DNA of 64,000 nucleotides. It comes from Vicinamibacteria bacterium (GTDB taxonomy: Bacteria; Acidobacteriota; Vicinamibacteria; Marinacidobacterales; Marinacidobacteraceae). This document shows, piece after piece, positions 36,918-49,676 of this stretch. The DNA is taken from the NCBI GenBank assembly GCA_965199715.1, contig OZ241322.1, positions 73,226 through 137,225 on the forward strand. Reading direction: 5' to 3'. A program made the position numbers and the translations under genes. Within the stretch, counting starts at the first letter, position 1; every line of letters starts with the position of its first letter. Under the pieces are notes generated by a model that saw only the letters and a list, made by a program, of their open reading frames with translations, made no database searches and was not told where the DNA came from.

Positions 36918-38032
36918 GCTCGGTAGATGTGGAGCGCGTCCTCGGCGGCGAAGGCGCGGGGGTTGTGCCGCCCGGTCCATTCGCGGGCGGCTTCGGCGGC
37001 GAGGTCGGGCAGCTCGCCGAGGCCGTGGTCGAGCCTTGGGGGAAGGCCGGCGGTCTCGATCCAGTCCTCGAGGAGATCCGCGAGGGTCGCCGCCGGATTC
37101 GGCCCCGGTTCGATCCCGGCGGCCTCGAGGAGCGCCCGGTAGCCGTCTTCCGCATCGGGGCCGTTCCAGCGGACCACCCGCGGCAGGGTGATCGCGAGCG
37201 CCTCGCCGTGGGGGACGCCGTAGCGGCGGGTCAACGGGTTTGCGGCGGCGTGTCCGGCGCCGAGCATGGAGCGCTCGATCGCGGCCCCCGCGAGAAACGC
37301 CCCGAGCTGCATGTCGGCCGGGGCCCCGCCGGGGAACGCCCGCGCCAGCAGCGCGAAGGCCGCCCGGCTGAGCGCGAGCGATTCGGGGGTGCGCGTCTTC
37401 GTCACGGCGGTCTCGACCGCGTGGGCCACCGCGTCGAAGCCGGCGGCGCGGGCGACGGCTTCGGGGGCCGAGCGGGTCAGCTCGGGGTCGAGCACTACGG
37501 CGCGGAACATGGCGTCCGGCGCCCCGCACGCCAGCTTGGCGTGGTCCCGGTCGCGCGAGATGAGCGCGTACGATTGCGCCTCGCTTCCGGTGCCGGCGGT
37601 CGTGGGCACGCCGAAGAGCGGAGGAAGCGGGCAGCGGCGGCGCCCGTGGCCCCGGTAGTCCTCCATCCGGCCCCCGCCCGCGAGCAGGAAGCCGATCCCC
37701 TTGGCCATGTCGAGCGAGCTTCCGCCGCCGCAGCCGACGAGGCAGTCGGCCCCGGTCTCCTTGGCGAAGGCGGCTCCCGCGGCGACCTGGCTCTCGGTCG
37801 GGTTCGCGCCGAAGTCGGAGAAGACGCGCGGCTCGCGCCCGGCCTCCCGCAGCGCTTCTTCGACCCGGCTCGCGATCCCGGCGCGGACGACGCCGGGGTC
37901 GGCGGCGACGAGCGGGCGCGCTCCCGTCCGTTCGGCCAGCGCCCGCAGGTCGGGCAGGACGTCCGGCGAGGGGTCGTCCAGCCGCCAGCTTCCGGCGGTC
38001 GCGCCCGGCCGCCGGGGGAATGCGCCGGTCAA
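36908..38032 (-). CDS. Iron-containing (group III) alcohol dehydrogenase
   Basis: 'CLVGCGGGSSLDMAKG' and the Fe-ADH His cluster ('HAVETAV', 'GVPHGEA'). Confidence 0.8.
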   Translation of the reverse strand: MTGAFPRRPGATAGSWRLDDPSPDVLPDLRALAERTGARPLVAADPGVVRAGIASRVEEALREAGREPRVFSDFGANPTESQVAAGAAFAKETGADCLVGCGGGSSLDMAKGIGFLLAGGGRMEDYRGHGRRRCPLPPLFGVPTTAGTGSEAQSYALISRDRDHAKLACGAPDAMFRAVVLDPELTRSAPEAVARAAGFDAVAHAVETAVTKTRTPESLALSRAAFALLARAFPGGAPADMQLGAFLAGAAIERSMLGAGHAAANPLTRRYGVPHGEALAITLPRVVRWNGPDAEDGYRALLEAAGIEPGPNPAATLADLLEDWIETAGLPPRLDHGLGELPDLAAEAAREWTGRHNPRAFAAEDALHIYRACA

Positions 38033-38038
38033 GCCGCC

Positions 38039-39430
38039 CTATTCGGCGATGGCGAAGAGCTGGTTGCGGCTCGCGATGTAGAGGGTCCCGTTCGCCGGGA
38101 CCACGCTCGAGTACACCGAGCTGCCCATGTTCATCTCGGCCAGGACTTCCTCGGTCGGGCCGGGTCGGAGCACGACCACGTCGCCGTCCTCGTCGCCGAG
38201 GTAGAGCTTGCCGTCCGCGACGACCGGCGATCCCCAGACGGCGGCGAAGGTGTCATGCACCCACAGCGGCTCGCCGGTCTCCATGTCGAGCGCGTGCAGG
38301 AAGCCGGAGAAGTCCGGCATGTACACGATCCCCTCGTGCGCCGCGGCGGTCGAGATCGAGCGGCGGATCACGTCGTAATGCCACAGCCGGCCCGAGTCGG
38401 TGACGTCGCCGCGCATCGTCGGGTCGATGGCGAAGAAGTGGCCCACGCCCTCCCCGTGCTCGGGGTCCTGCCCGTTCGCGATGAAGAGGCGGTCGTCGAG
38501 GATCACCGGGGTCGAGATCACGTTGTTGCGGGTGCGCGGCCACAGCGAGTCCTTGGGGTTCGTGTCGAAGGACCAAAGCAGCTCGCCGGTGTCGGCGACG
38601 TAGCCGCGCACCCAGCCGTCGCCCTCGCCCATGACGACCTGCGCCACGCCGCCGATCTCGGCCACTCCGGCGGAGGACCACTGGCCGTGGAGGATGTTCT
38701 CGCCCACGTGGTTCGCCTCCCAGACCAGCTCGCCGGTCAGCTTGTCGAGAGCGATGATGGCGGGGGCGCGGGGGGAGGGGACGGTGACGTGGGTCTCGTC
38801 CTGGCCGTTCGAGGTGTTGATGAACAGCAGGTTCCCCCACGAGACCGGGCTGGAGTTGGACATGTTGTGGGGGAATGCTCCGACCTCCTCCATCATGTCG
38901 AACCGCCACAGGACGTCGCCGTCCTGCGGGGCCTGGTAGGTCTCGCCGCTCCAGCCGTCGTTGCCGTCCGCCATCCCGTTCACGTCCGCCGCCAGCACCT
39001 CGCCCCGGTTCGTGACGTAGTAGAGGACGTCGCCCTCGACGAGCGGCGAGGAGCACACGCCCTGGAACGGCCAGTCGTTCACCCGGCCCGAAGCGAGCTT
39101 GTCCGAGACGAGCTGCCAGAGGAACTCGCCGGTGGCGGCGTCGAACGCCAGCATCACGCCCTTGTCGCCGGAGATCTCCTGGTCGTAGAGCGCCTCGTTG
39201 TTGGTCCCGACGAAGACCCGCCCGCCGGCGACGACCGGGTTCCCGTAGGTCTGCGAGCCGAGCGCCGCGACCCAGCGGACGTTCTCGCCGGAGCGCACGT
39301 CCCAGGTCAGCGGCAGCGGCGCCGGGGCGTCCGAGACCATGTTGCGGTCGGGGGTTCCGCCCCACATGGGCCAGTCCTGGGCCGCGGCGGGCGCGGCGAG
39401 AAGGAGGGCGGCGGAAACGATTCGGGACAT
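38039..39430 (-). CDS. Secreted PQQ-like beta-propeller repeat protein, paralog 2
   Basis: 'MSRIVSAALLLAAPAAAQDWPMWGGTPDRNM' plus propeller blades. ATG at 39430 verified. Confidence 0.8.
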   Translation of the reverse strand: MSRIVSAALLLAAPAAAQDWPMWGGTPDRNMVSDAPAPLPLTWDVRSGENVRWVAALGSQTYGNPVVAGGRVFVGTNNEALYDQEISGDKGVMLAFDAATGEFLWQLVSDKLASGRVNDWPFQGVCSSPLVEGDVLYYVTNRGEVLAADVNGMADGNDGWSGETYQAPQDGDVLWRFDMMEEVGAFPHNMSNSSPVSWGNLLFINTSNGQDETHVTVPSPRAPAIIALDKLTGELVWEANHVGENILHGQWSSAGVAEIGGVAQVVMGEGDGWVRGYVADTGELLWSFDTNPKDSLWPRTRNNVISTPVILDDRLFIANGQDPEHGEGVGHFFAIDPTMRGDVTDSGRLWHYDVIRRSISTAAAHEGIVYMPDFSGFLHALDMETGEPLWVHDTFAAVWGSPVVADGKLYLGDEDGDVVVLRPGPTEEVLAEMNMGSSVYSSVVPANGTLYIASRNQLFAIAE

Positions 39431-39438
39431 GGAGCCTC

Positions 39439-41598
39439 TCAGTTGCTCACGGGGCCGACCGTGACGTTGTCGAGGAAGATCTCCGCGGCGACGGCGTCGG
39501 CGAACACTCCTGGAGCGCCCTCGAGGTGCGGCAGCTCCTCCCGCCATTCGATCGTCCAGCCGTCGGGCTCCGGATCGCCGCGGCGCCAGACGCGGCCGCG
39601 GGCGACGACGTCCTCGGCGTCCTTGAACACCTCGAAGCGCATCGAGTACCAGGCGTCGGGTTCCCACGCGAAGGGAGTCGCGGTCGAGCGTCCGGGGGTG
39701 GCGTGCCACGAGTGGATCTCGAGGCGCTGGTGGTTGCCCATGAGGACCAACTGGTAGCGCTGGGCGACGAGGCCGACGTTGCCGAGCTGGCGGCGGCGTT
39801 CGGTGGCCATCACGTCGGCGGTCACCGCGTAGTTGCTGAGCTGCGGCGAGCCCATGAAGACCCGCGCCCGCCGCAGGAAGGGGTTGTCGGCGAGCTTCAC
39901 GAGCGTCCCGTCGCGCACGGCGTACTTCCCGGCCGCGTTCACCCACTGCGCGGGAACGGCGGCGTCCTCGGCGTCGAAGTCCCAGCTCCACGGAAGCGGC
40001 GGGACCACCCGGAAGCGGGCGGAGCCGGACAGGTCGCCCGCCCGGGCGGTCACCGCTCCGGCGCCCGCCGGCGCGTCCGCCGGAATCCGCAGCGCGCCGC
40101 CTTCGACCGATCCGGCGAACGCCTCCCACGCCGGATCGCCGGGAACGTCGGTCTCGCGGCCGCGGTCGTCGAAGGCGCGCACGGTCAGGGGAACCTCGTC
40201 GCCCGGGGCGAGGAGCGCCTCGGTGGGCGAGACCAGCAGCCGGACCGCCGGGCCGCCCGCCTCGGGCGCGGTGTCCGTCGCCGGCATGTCGTCCGAGGGA
40301 CGGTGGGCGCCGATCGCGTAGAGGTGGGCGTTCGAGACGAGATACACGAGGCCGTCGCTCACCGCGACCGAGGCGACGACCTCCTCCGGCTCGGTCTCGG
40401 AGCCGAGCAGGTCCTCATCGAGCACGGTCGCTCCTTCGGCCTCCGGCTTCAGGATGTAGAAGCGCCCGTTGCCGGTCCCCACCCACAGCTTGCCGTCGGC
40501 GAGCACCGGCGAGGCGCGCTGGATCGTGCCGAGGTTGCGGGTCCAGCGCCGCTCGCCGTCGCTCGGATCGAACGCCGCGAGGTTCGCGCTGTTGTCCATC
40601 CAGTAGAGGGTCTCGCCGTCGGTCACGCCGGACGAGTAGCCGCCGAGGAAACCCGGCGCCCGCCACAGCGCCGCCTCCTCGGCGATCTCGCCGGTCGAGC
40701 GGGCGTCGAGCGCCGCGAGCAGGCCCATGGTCGAGAAACTCACGTTTTCCTCGCCGTGGCTCACCACGACCGTGTCGCCGAAGAGGATCGCGCCGCTGTT
40801 CACTCCGCGCTTGCTCATCGGGTAGTGCCAGACCGGGTCGCCGGTCGCCGGATCGATCGCGTGGAAGGCGCCGTCCCCGCCGCCGACGAGCAGCAGTCGG
40901 CGGCCGCCGACCGTGCGGATCGAGGGCGGCGAGTAGGTGGTGTCGTAGGGGCGGGCGCCGGGGGCGCTCATCCAGCGCGCCGCGCCGGTGGTCTTCTCGA
41001 AGGCGAAGAAGCGCTGACTGCCGCGGGCGTGCGCGCCCCACGACGAGCTCACCCCGCTCACGATCACGACGTCGCCGTGGATCAGCGGCGACGGGGTGCG
41101 TCCGCCGTGGGTGCTGATGACGCCGAGCTCCTCCGACAGCGAGCGGCGCCAGCGGACCTCGCCGGTGGCCGCGTCGAACGCGGTCAGTTCCGCGCCGACG
41201 GTCAGGGAGAAGACGAGGCCGGACTCGGGATCCGCCGCCGGGGAGGCCCAGCCGGCGCGCCGGGGCGGGGCGTCCGAGTGGAAGACGTTCCGCCGGTGCT
41301 CCCACAGCAGCTCGCCGGTGCGGGCGTCGAGCGCGAGAAGCCGCTCCTGACGGGTCCCGCCGTCGCCCGAGGCGTTTTGCAGGAACAGTCGGTCGCCCAT
41401 GACCACCGGGGTGGAGCGCCCGCCGTAGGGAAGCCGGAACGCGAGGTTCTCGCCGTCCGGCGACCACGAGTCGGGAAGGCCGGTTTCGGCGGAGACGCCG
41501 TCTCGGGTCGGCCCCCGGACTTCCGGCCAGTCGGCCGCCGCGGATCCTGCCAACGACGCCGCGAGCGCGAGGAGGACGCCGGTACGCATGGCCCGCAT
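39439..41598 (-). CDS. Secreted PQQ-like beta-propeller + Big_2 (Ig-like) + DUF1080/LamG-like jelly-roll C-terminal domain protein, paralog 3
   Basis: 'MRAMRTGVLLALAASLAGSAAADWPEVRGPTRDG'. Propeller, then 'LLVSPTEALLAPGDEVPLTVRAFDDRG' (Big_2-like), then 'YAVRDGTLVKL...WYSMRFEVF...EIFLDNVTVGP' (concanavalin-like/DUF1080). Alternative start ATG 41589. Confidence 0.8.
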   Translation of the reverse strand: MRAMRTGVLLALAASLAGSAAADWPEVRGPTRDGVSAETGLPDSWSPDGENLAFRLPYGGRSTPVVMGDRLFLQNASGDGGTRQERLLALDARTGELLWEHRRNVFHSDAPPRRAGWASPAADPESGLVFSLTVGAELTAFDAATGEVRWRRSLSEELGVISTHGGRTPSPLIHGDVVIVSGVSSSWGAHARGSQRFFAFEKTTGAARWMSAPGARPYDTTYSPPSIRTVGGRRLLLVGGGDGAFHAIDPATGDPVWHYPMSKRGVNSGAILFGDTVVVSHGEENVSFSTMGLLAALDARSTGEIAEEAALWRAPGFLGGYSSGVTDGETLYWMDNSANLAAFDPSDGERRWTRNLGTIQRASPVLADGKLWVGTGNGRFYILKPEAEGATVLDEDLLGSETEPEEVVASVAVSDGLVYLVSNAHLYAIGAHRPSDDMPATDTAPEAGGPAVRLLVSPTEALLAPGDEVPLTVRAFDDRGRETDVPGDPAWEAFAGSVEGGALRIPADAPAGAGAVTARAGDLSGSARFRVVPPLPWSWDFDAEDAAVPAQWVNAAGKYAVRDGTLVKLADNPFLRRARVFMGSPQLSNYAVTADVMATERRRQLGNVGLVAQRYQLVLMGNHQRLEIHSWHATPGRSTATPFAWEPDAWYSMRFEVFKDAEDVVARGRVWRRGDPEPDGWTIEWREELPHLEGAPGVFADAVAAEIFLDNVTVGPVSN

Positions 41599-41625
41599 TC
41601 TATTGACCCGGCACAATACGCGGCG

Positions 41626-42936
41626 ATGCACCGAGCCGTCCTCGCGGCCCTTCTGGCGTCGCTGGCCGCGCCCGGCGCCGGACAGTGGCCCGGCTGGCGC
41701 GGTCCTTCCGCGAACGGCGTCTCGGAAGAGACCGGTCTCCCCGAGCGGATCACCGCCGGGGCCGAGGCGTGGAGCGTCGAGGTTCCCGGGCGCGGGCACT
41801 CGTCGCCGGTGGTCGAGGGCGGCCTCGTGTTCCTGACCGCGTCCGTCGAGGGCGAGGTCGTCCCCGGCCATGAGCCACCGATCCACTACCGGGACGGCGA
41901 GGTCTATCTCCACCCTGGCAGCGGATCGGGCGACCGCAGCCACGCGCTGCTCGCGCTCGCGTACGACGCCGAAACCGGGGCGGAGGCCTGGCGGCGGACG
42001 CTCCACGACGGGCCGGTGCACGACAACCGCTACCGCACGAACACCTACGCATCGCTGACCGCGCTGACCGACGGGGAGCGGGTCTATTTCTGGTTCGGCT
42101 CGCAGGGCCTTTACGCGCTGACGCTGGACGGCGAGCCGGTCTGGAGCCGCGACCTCGGCGACTTCGGCGACTGGGGGCTCGGCCACGGGATCTCGCCGGT
42201 GCTCCACGGCGATCTCCTGATCCTCGTCTGCGACGACGACGCCGGCGAGAAGTCGCAGATCTTCGCGGTCCATCGGAAGACCGGCGAGATCGCGTGGCGG
42301 ATCGGGCGGCGTGCGCGCAAGAGCTGGGGGACGCCGAGCCTTGTGCCGGTCGGCGACCGGACGCAGTTGGTGGTCGCGAGCTACGACCGGATCGCGGCCT
42401 ACGACCCGACGAGCGGCCGGGAAGTCTGGGGCGGGGCCGGCTTCGACTCGAACGTGGTCCACACGCCGGTGCATCTCGCCGTCGGCGACGACCGGCTGGT
42501 GTTCGTCTCGACCGGCTACCCCGACAAGGAGGTGCGGGCGCTGCGCCTGAGCCCCGGCCGCGCCGAGCCGACGCGCGAGTGGACGCACGCCCGGGGGACC
42601 GGGTACCTGCCGTCGGGGATCGCGTACGGGGGCGTACTGTTCGTGATCTCGGACGGCGGGGTCGTCACGGGGCTCGATCCGTTGACCGGCGCGGTCCATT
42701 TTCAGGGGCGGCCGCCGAACCCGGGCCGGTACCACGCCTCGCCGGTGGGGTACGAGGGGAAGGTGCTCATTGGGAGCCTCGAGGGCGACCTCACCGTCTT
42801 CCGCGCCGCCCCCGAGTTCGAGGTTCTTTCCACGGGGTCGCTGGACGAGGCGATCTGGGCGTCGCCCGCCATCGCCGACGGGACGCTGTTCCTGCGGACC
42901 GTGTCCCGGCTCTACGCCTTCCGGAGGGGGTCGTGA
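41626..42936 (+). CDS. Secreted PQQ-like beta-propeller repeat protein, paralog 4
   Basis: 'MHRAVLAALLASLAAPGAGQWPGWRGPSANGV...'. ATG 41626 verified. Divergent from paralog 3 across a 27-bp gap. Confidence 0.8.
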   Translation: MHRAVLAALLASLAAPGAGQWPGWRGPSANGVSEETGLPERITAGAEAWSVEVPGRGHSSPVVEGGLVFLTASVEGEVVPGHEPPIHYRDGEVYLHPGSGSGDRSHALLALAYDAETGAEAWRRTLHDGPVHDNRYRTNTYASLTALTDGERVYFWFGSQGLYALTLDGEPVWSRDLGDFGDWGLGHGISPVLHGDLLILVCDDDAGEKSQIFAVHRKTGEIAWRIGRRARKSWGTPSLVPVGDRTQLVVASYDRIAAYDPTSGREVWGGAGFDSNVVHTPVHLAVGDDRLVFVSTGYPDKEVRALRLSPGRAEPTREWTHARGTGYLPSGIAYGGVLFVISDGGVVTGLDPLTGAVHFQGRPPNPGRYHASPVGYEGKVLIGSLEGDLTVFRAAPEFEVLSTGSLDEAIWASPAIADGTLFLRTVSRLYAFRRGS

Positions 42937-44197
42937 AGGCGCTCGCGCTCGTCCTGCTCGTCGCGGCGGGGGGCGAGTGGCCCGGCTGGCGCGGTCCGGG
43001 AGGCCGGGGCGTCGCGGCGTCGCCGGCTCCGACCGAGTGGGGGCCGGAGCATCCGAACCTGCGGTGGCGGCGCGAGATTCCCGGCCGGGGGCACTCGTCG
43101 CCCATCGTGGCCGGGGATCTGGTTCTCCTGACCACCGGGATCGCCGGCGAGACCGTGCCCGGAGCCTCCGCCGTGACCCATCGCATGGGCGGCGAGGAGT
43201 TCGTGCATCCCGACAGCGTCGGAGCCGACCGGCGGGTCACGCTGCTGCTGCTGGCCTACGACCGCGAGACGGGCGAACCCCGCTGGGAGCGGACGGTCCG
43301 GGACGGCGCGCTCCCCCACGACGCGCGCCATCGCGTGGGCTCCTACGCGAACCCCACGCCGCTGTTCGACGGCGAGCGCGTCCTCGCGTGGTTCGGCTCG
43401 CAGGGCCTCCACGCCTTCGACTTCGACGGCGAGCCGCTCTGGTCGCTCGACCTCGGCGGCGTCGCGACGCTCGGGATGGGCGTCGGGGTCTCGCCGCTCC
43501 TCGTCCCGTCGGAGGGGCTGGTCGTGGTTCTCAACGACGCGAGCGACAAAGGCTCGTTCATCGCGGCGGTGGACGCCGCGACCGGGGCCGTGCGCTGGCG
43601 GAAGGAACGGACCCAGCCGGTCGGCTGGGCCTCGCCGATCCTCGTCGGCGACCGGATCGTGACCGCGGGAACGGACGACGTCGTGGCCTACGACGCGGCG
43701 ACCGGGGCCGAGGTCTGGCGCGCCGAGGGCCTCCATGCGAACGCGGTCCCGAGCCCGGTCGCGGACGACGGCGTCGTGGTGGTCGCGACCGGCTATCCCA
43801 GCAAGAAGGTCATGGGGATCGACGCCGCCGACGGAAGCGCGCTGTGGATCCACGCCCGGGGCCAGGGCTACGTGCCGTCGCCGATCCTCTACCGGGGGAT
43901 CGTCCGGCTCGTCAGCGACGGCGGAATCCTGACCGCGCTCGACGCCCGGACCGGAGCGGTCCTCCACGACCCGGGGCGCATGCCGACCCCCGGCAAGTTC
44001 TTCGCGTCGCCGGTGGCGGCCGGGGACTTCCTCTACCTGACCAGCGAGGACGGCGACACTCACGTCGTCCCCGCCGGGCCGGAGTTCCGGGTCGAGGCCA
44101 CGAACTCGCTGGACGAGCCGGTGTTCGCCTCGCCCGCCATCCACGACGGGGCGCTGTACCTGCGCAGCGTCTCCTCCCTCTACTCGGTGGCCGAACC

Positions 44198-44201
<4 letters not shown>
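42933..44201 (+). CDS. Secreted PQQ-like beta-propeller repeat protein, paralog 5
   Basis: GTG 42933 overlaps the upstream stop (GTGA). 'VKALALVLLVAAGGEWPGWRGPGGRGV'. About 50% identical to paralog 4 over its full length. Confidence 0.8.
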
Positions 44202-46071
<1,870 letters not shown>

Positions 46072-46075
<4 letters not shown>

Positions 46076-47487
46076 CGCTGCTGTTTCTCGCGCTGCTCGC
46101 CGTGGCGCCCGCCGAGTGGGACCGCTTCCGCGGCCCCAACGGGAGCGGACGCGGCCCCGACGGGTCGCTGCCCGTGGAATTCACCCCCGACCGGGAGCTC
46201 TTTCGGGTTCCGGTCCCGCTCGGGCACTCGTCGCCGATCCTCGCCGGCGGGCGGGTGCATTTGACCGCGTTCCGGGACGACGAGTTCGTGACCTTCGCGC
46301 TCGACATGGACACCGGCGAGACCCTGTGGGAGTCGATCGCCGCGAGGCCGCGCTTCACTGAGGTGGACTCGCGCAACAACGCCGCGTCGCCGAGCGTCGC
46401 GGCGACCCCGGACGAGGTCGTCGCGTTCTTTCCCGATCTCGGCGTGATCGCCTACGACGGGGCGGGGGAGGAGCGCTGGCGGCTCCCGCTCGGCCCGTTC
46501 GACAACCTCTACGGGATGGGCGCCTCGCCGATCTTCGCGGGCGAGTACGTGGTGCTCGTGCTCGACCAGAACCTGGGCTCGGAGATCCTCGCGATCCATC
46601 GGGACGCTGGAACCGTGGCGTGGCGGACTCCCCGGCCCGAGGCCACGAGCGGCCATTCCACGCCGATCCTCCGGGACGCCGCGGGCGGGGTCGAAATCCT
46701 CGCGCCGGGGAGCTTCCTGCTCACCGCCTACGCGCTGGAGACCGGGACGCCGAGCTGGTGGGTGCGCGGGCTGCCGTGGGAGATGAAGTCCACGCCGGTG
46801 ATGGCCGGCGGCCTCGTGTACGTGAACGGCTACGGGGCGCCGCTGAACGAGCCGGGCAACCAGCGCACCGCGCCGAGCTTCGCGGACGCGCTCGAGGCGT
46901 CGGACGCCGACGGCGACGGGGCGATCTGCCGCGACGAGGCCGAGGGGCATCCGGCGTCGTGGTTTGGCGTGATCGACCTCAGTGGGGACGACGCGCTCCA
47001 GGCCTCCGAATGGGCCTATTACGAGGCGGTGCTCGCGTCGCGCAACGGGGTGATCGCCGTCCGTCCGCCGGGCGTCGGCGAGTCGGGAGACGTGACCGAC
47101 GCGAACACCGTCTGGACCTACCACCGCCGCGCGCCGCAGCTCCCGTCGCCGCTCGAAATCGGGGGCGTGCTGTACCTCGTGAACGACGGCGGGATCGTGA
47201 CCGCGCTCGACCCCGAAGAGGGGGTCATGCTGTCGCAGAACCGGCTGCGGGGCGCGGTGGACGCCTATTACGCCTCGCCGGTGGCCGCCGACGGGAAGAT
47301 CTTCTTCGTGAGCGAGCTCGGCATGGTCGCGGTGACCCGGCCGCTCGAGCCGGGCGAGGAGTCGTCCGAGCTGGAGGTGCTCCACGTGAACCACCTCGAG
47401 GAGGCGGTGTACGCGACGCCCGCGATCGCGCCGTCGCGCCTCTACATCCGGACGGTCGAGCACCTGATCGCGATCACGGGGGAGTAG
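46072..47487 (+). CDS. Secreted PQQ-like beta-propeller protein with inserted EF-hand-like Ca-binding loops, paralog 6
   Basis: GTG 46072 (GTGA overlap). 'VTLLFLALLAVAPAEWDRFRGPNGSG'. Insertion 'DADGDGAICRDEAEG...DLSGDDALQASEW' resembles paired EF-hand DxDxDG loops. Confidence 0.8.
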
Positions 47488-47488
47488 C

Positions 47489-49621
47489 GTGGTCCTCCTG
47501 CTGCTGGCGCTCGCCCTCCAGCCGGACCCCGGCGCCGCGTTGCTGCAAGCCGCCGGCGACGGCGACGCGGCGGCGGTCCGGGAGCTGCTGGACGCGGGAG
47601 CGCCGGTCAACGCCGAGAACCGCTACGGCGCCACGCCGCTCTTCTTCGCGGCGGAGCGCGGCCACGTCGGGATCGTCCGGATGCTGCTGGACGCCGGCGC
47701 GGACGCCGCCCGGCGCGACCGGTTCTACCAGATGACGGCGCTGACCCGGGCGCTCGGGGCCGACCGCCGCGAGGCGGCGCTGCTGCTGATCGACCACGGC
47801 TCCGGCGAAGTCGGGTCGGCGCTGGTGTTCGCCGCGCGGGGCGGCGACGTCGAGCTTCTCGAGGCGGCGCTCGCGAACGGGACGTTCTTCCTCGAGGATC
47901 TGGAGGCGGCGCGGGACGCGGGCGTGGGCGCGATCCGGGAGCGTCTGGCGGCCGTCGTCGCCGAGCCGCGTCCGGTGGAGCCGGCGATCGCGCCCGGAGC
48001 GGTGGCCGGGCGGTACTTGCGCGAGGCCGACCGGGACGGCGTGCTGGTCCGGGCGGCCGGCGACGGGATCGAGGCCCGGTTCTTCACCGGCGAGGACGAG
48101 CCGGGCGAGCCGGTGCGGCTCGATCCGTCGGGCGAGCGCAGCTTCTCGGCCGAGGGACTGACGCTCGTCTTTCCCGGCCGCGGCGGCATGATCGAGCGGC
48201 TCGTCGTGGATCGCGGGGGGGAGATGCGCTCCTTCGAGCCGGTCGGCGAGCTGGAGGGGCGGGCGGAGGCGGACGTGGAGCCGGAGGAGGAGCGGGCGCC
48301 GGCGGCGGATCCGGTGGCTCCGCTGACGCCGGGACCGTGGCCGCAGTTCCGCGGGCCGCGCGGCTCGGGGATCGCCGACGGGCAGGGAACCCCGATCCGC
48401 TGGAGCGCCGAGACCGGCGAGGGGATCCGCTGGGAGGCCGAGCTTCCGGGGCTCGGCGTGTCCAGCCCGATCATCCATGGCGACCGGGTCTTCGCGGTGA
48501 CCGCGGCGAGCGTGACCGGGGACACGGAGTTCCGGATCGGCCTCTACGGCGACGTCGCGCCGGTCGAGAACGAGACCGAGCACGAGTTCGCGCTGCGGGC
48601 GCTCGATCTTTCGACCGGAGAGCCGCTCTGGACGACCGAGCTGCATCGGGGCGTCCCGAAGACGCTGCGGCACACCAAGTCCAGCCAGGCGAACGCCACG
48701 CCGGCGACCGACGGCGAGCGGATCGTCACCGTGCTCGGCAGCGTCGGGCTCCTGTTCGCGCACGACCTCGACGGGAATCTGCTGTGGGAGCGGGACGTGG
48801 GGCCGCTGAACAGCGGCTGGTTCTACGACCCCGCGTTCCAGTGGGGGCACGCATCCTCCCCGGTGATCCACGAGGACACGGTGATCCTGCTCGCCGACGT
48901 CCACGGCGACGCCTTCCTCGGGGCGTTCGACCTCGAGACCGGCGTGCCGGTCTGGCGCGCCGAGCGCAACGAGGTCTCGACGTTCTCCACGCCGCTCGTG
49001 CATGACGCGGGCGGCGCGCCGGAGGTCGTCGTCAACGGCACGGTCATCGCCGGCTACGACGCTTCCACGGGAGCCGAGCGCTGGCGGCTCGGCCCCAACT
49101 CGGAGATCCCGATCGGAGTGCCGCTCCGGGGCGACGGCCTCCTGTACGTGCAGGCCGGGTATCCGCCGGTCCGCCCGATCTACGCGATCCGTCCGGGGAT
49201 GACCGGCGACCTCACGCTGCCCCTGGGCGAGGACGCGAGCGAGGCGATCGCGTGGAGCCACGACCGGGGCGGCGTGTACATCCCGTCGCCGCTGCTCTAC
49301 CGGGGCGTCCTGTACCTGAACGCGAACAACGGCAGGCTCGCGGCCTACAGCGCCGAGACCGGGGAGCGCATCTACCGCGCGCGCATCGGCGGCGTCGGCG
49401 GCTCGTATTCGGCCTCGCCCATCGCCGCCGACGGACGGCTGTACTTCACGTCCGAGGAGGGCGAGACCTTCGTGATCCGCGCCGGACGCGAGTACGCGCT
49501 CCTCGCCCGGAACACCGTGGATCGGATCGTCATGGCGAGCCCGGCGGCGAGCGACGGGGTTCTGGTGATCCGGGCGATCGACCGGTTGTTCGGGATCTCC
49601 GGCGGGGACGCGCATCCTTGA
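47489..49621 (+). CDS. Ankyrin-repeat + PQQ-like beta-propeller fusion protein, paralog 7
   Basis: N-terminal 'GDAAAVRELLDAGAPVNAENRYGATPLFFAAERGHVGIVRMLLDAGADA' (ANK repeats), an acidic linker, then 'PWPQFRGPRGSG' plus propeller blades. Confidence 0.8.
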   Translation: MVLLLLALALQPDPGAALLQAAGDGDAAAVRELLDAGAPVNAENRYGATPLFFAAERGHVGIVRMLLDAGADAARRDRFYQMTALTRALGADRREAALLLIDHGSGEVGSALVFAARGGDVELLEAALANGTFFLEDLEAARDAGVGAIRERLAAVVAEPRPVEPAIAPGAVAGRYLREADRDGVLVRAAGDGIEARFFTGEDEPGEPVRLDPSGERSFSAEGLTLVFPGRGGMIERLVVDRGGEMRSFEPVGELEGRAEADVEPEEERAPAADPVAPLTPGPWPQFRGPRGSGIADGQGTPIRWSAETGEGIRWEAELPGLGVSSPIIHGDRVFAVTAASVTGDTEFRIGLYGDVAPVENETEHEFALRALDLSTGEPLWTTELHRGVPKTLRHTKSSQANATPATDGERIVTVLGSVGLLFAHDLDGNLLWERDVGPLNSGWFYDPAFQWGHASSPVIHEDTVILLADVHGDAFLGAFDLETGVPVWRAERNEVSTFSTPLVHDAGGAPEVVVNGTVIAGYDASTGAERWRLGPNSEIPIGVPLRGDGLLYVQAGYPPVRPIYAIRPGMTGDLTLPLGEDASEAIAWSHDRGGVYIPSPLLYRGVLYLNANNGRLAAYSAETGERIYRARIGGVGGSYSASPIAADGRLYFTSEEGETFVIRAGREYALLARNTVDRIVMASPAASDGVLVIRAIDRLFGISGGDAHP

Positions 49622-49676
49622 ACGACGCCGAATCGGACGCGCGCTACCTCTCGCTCGTCATCGATCCGGTGCGCCG

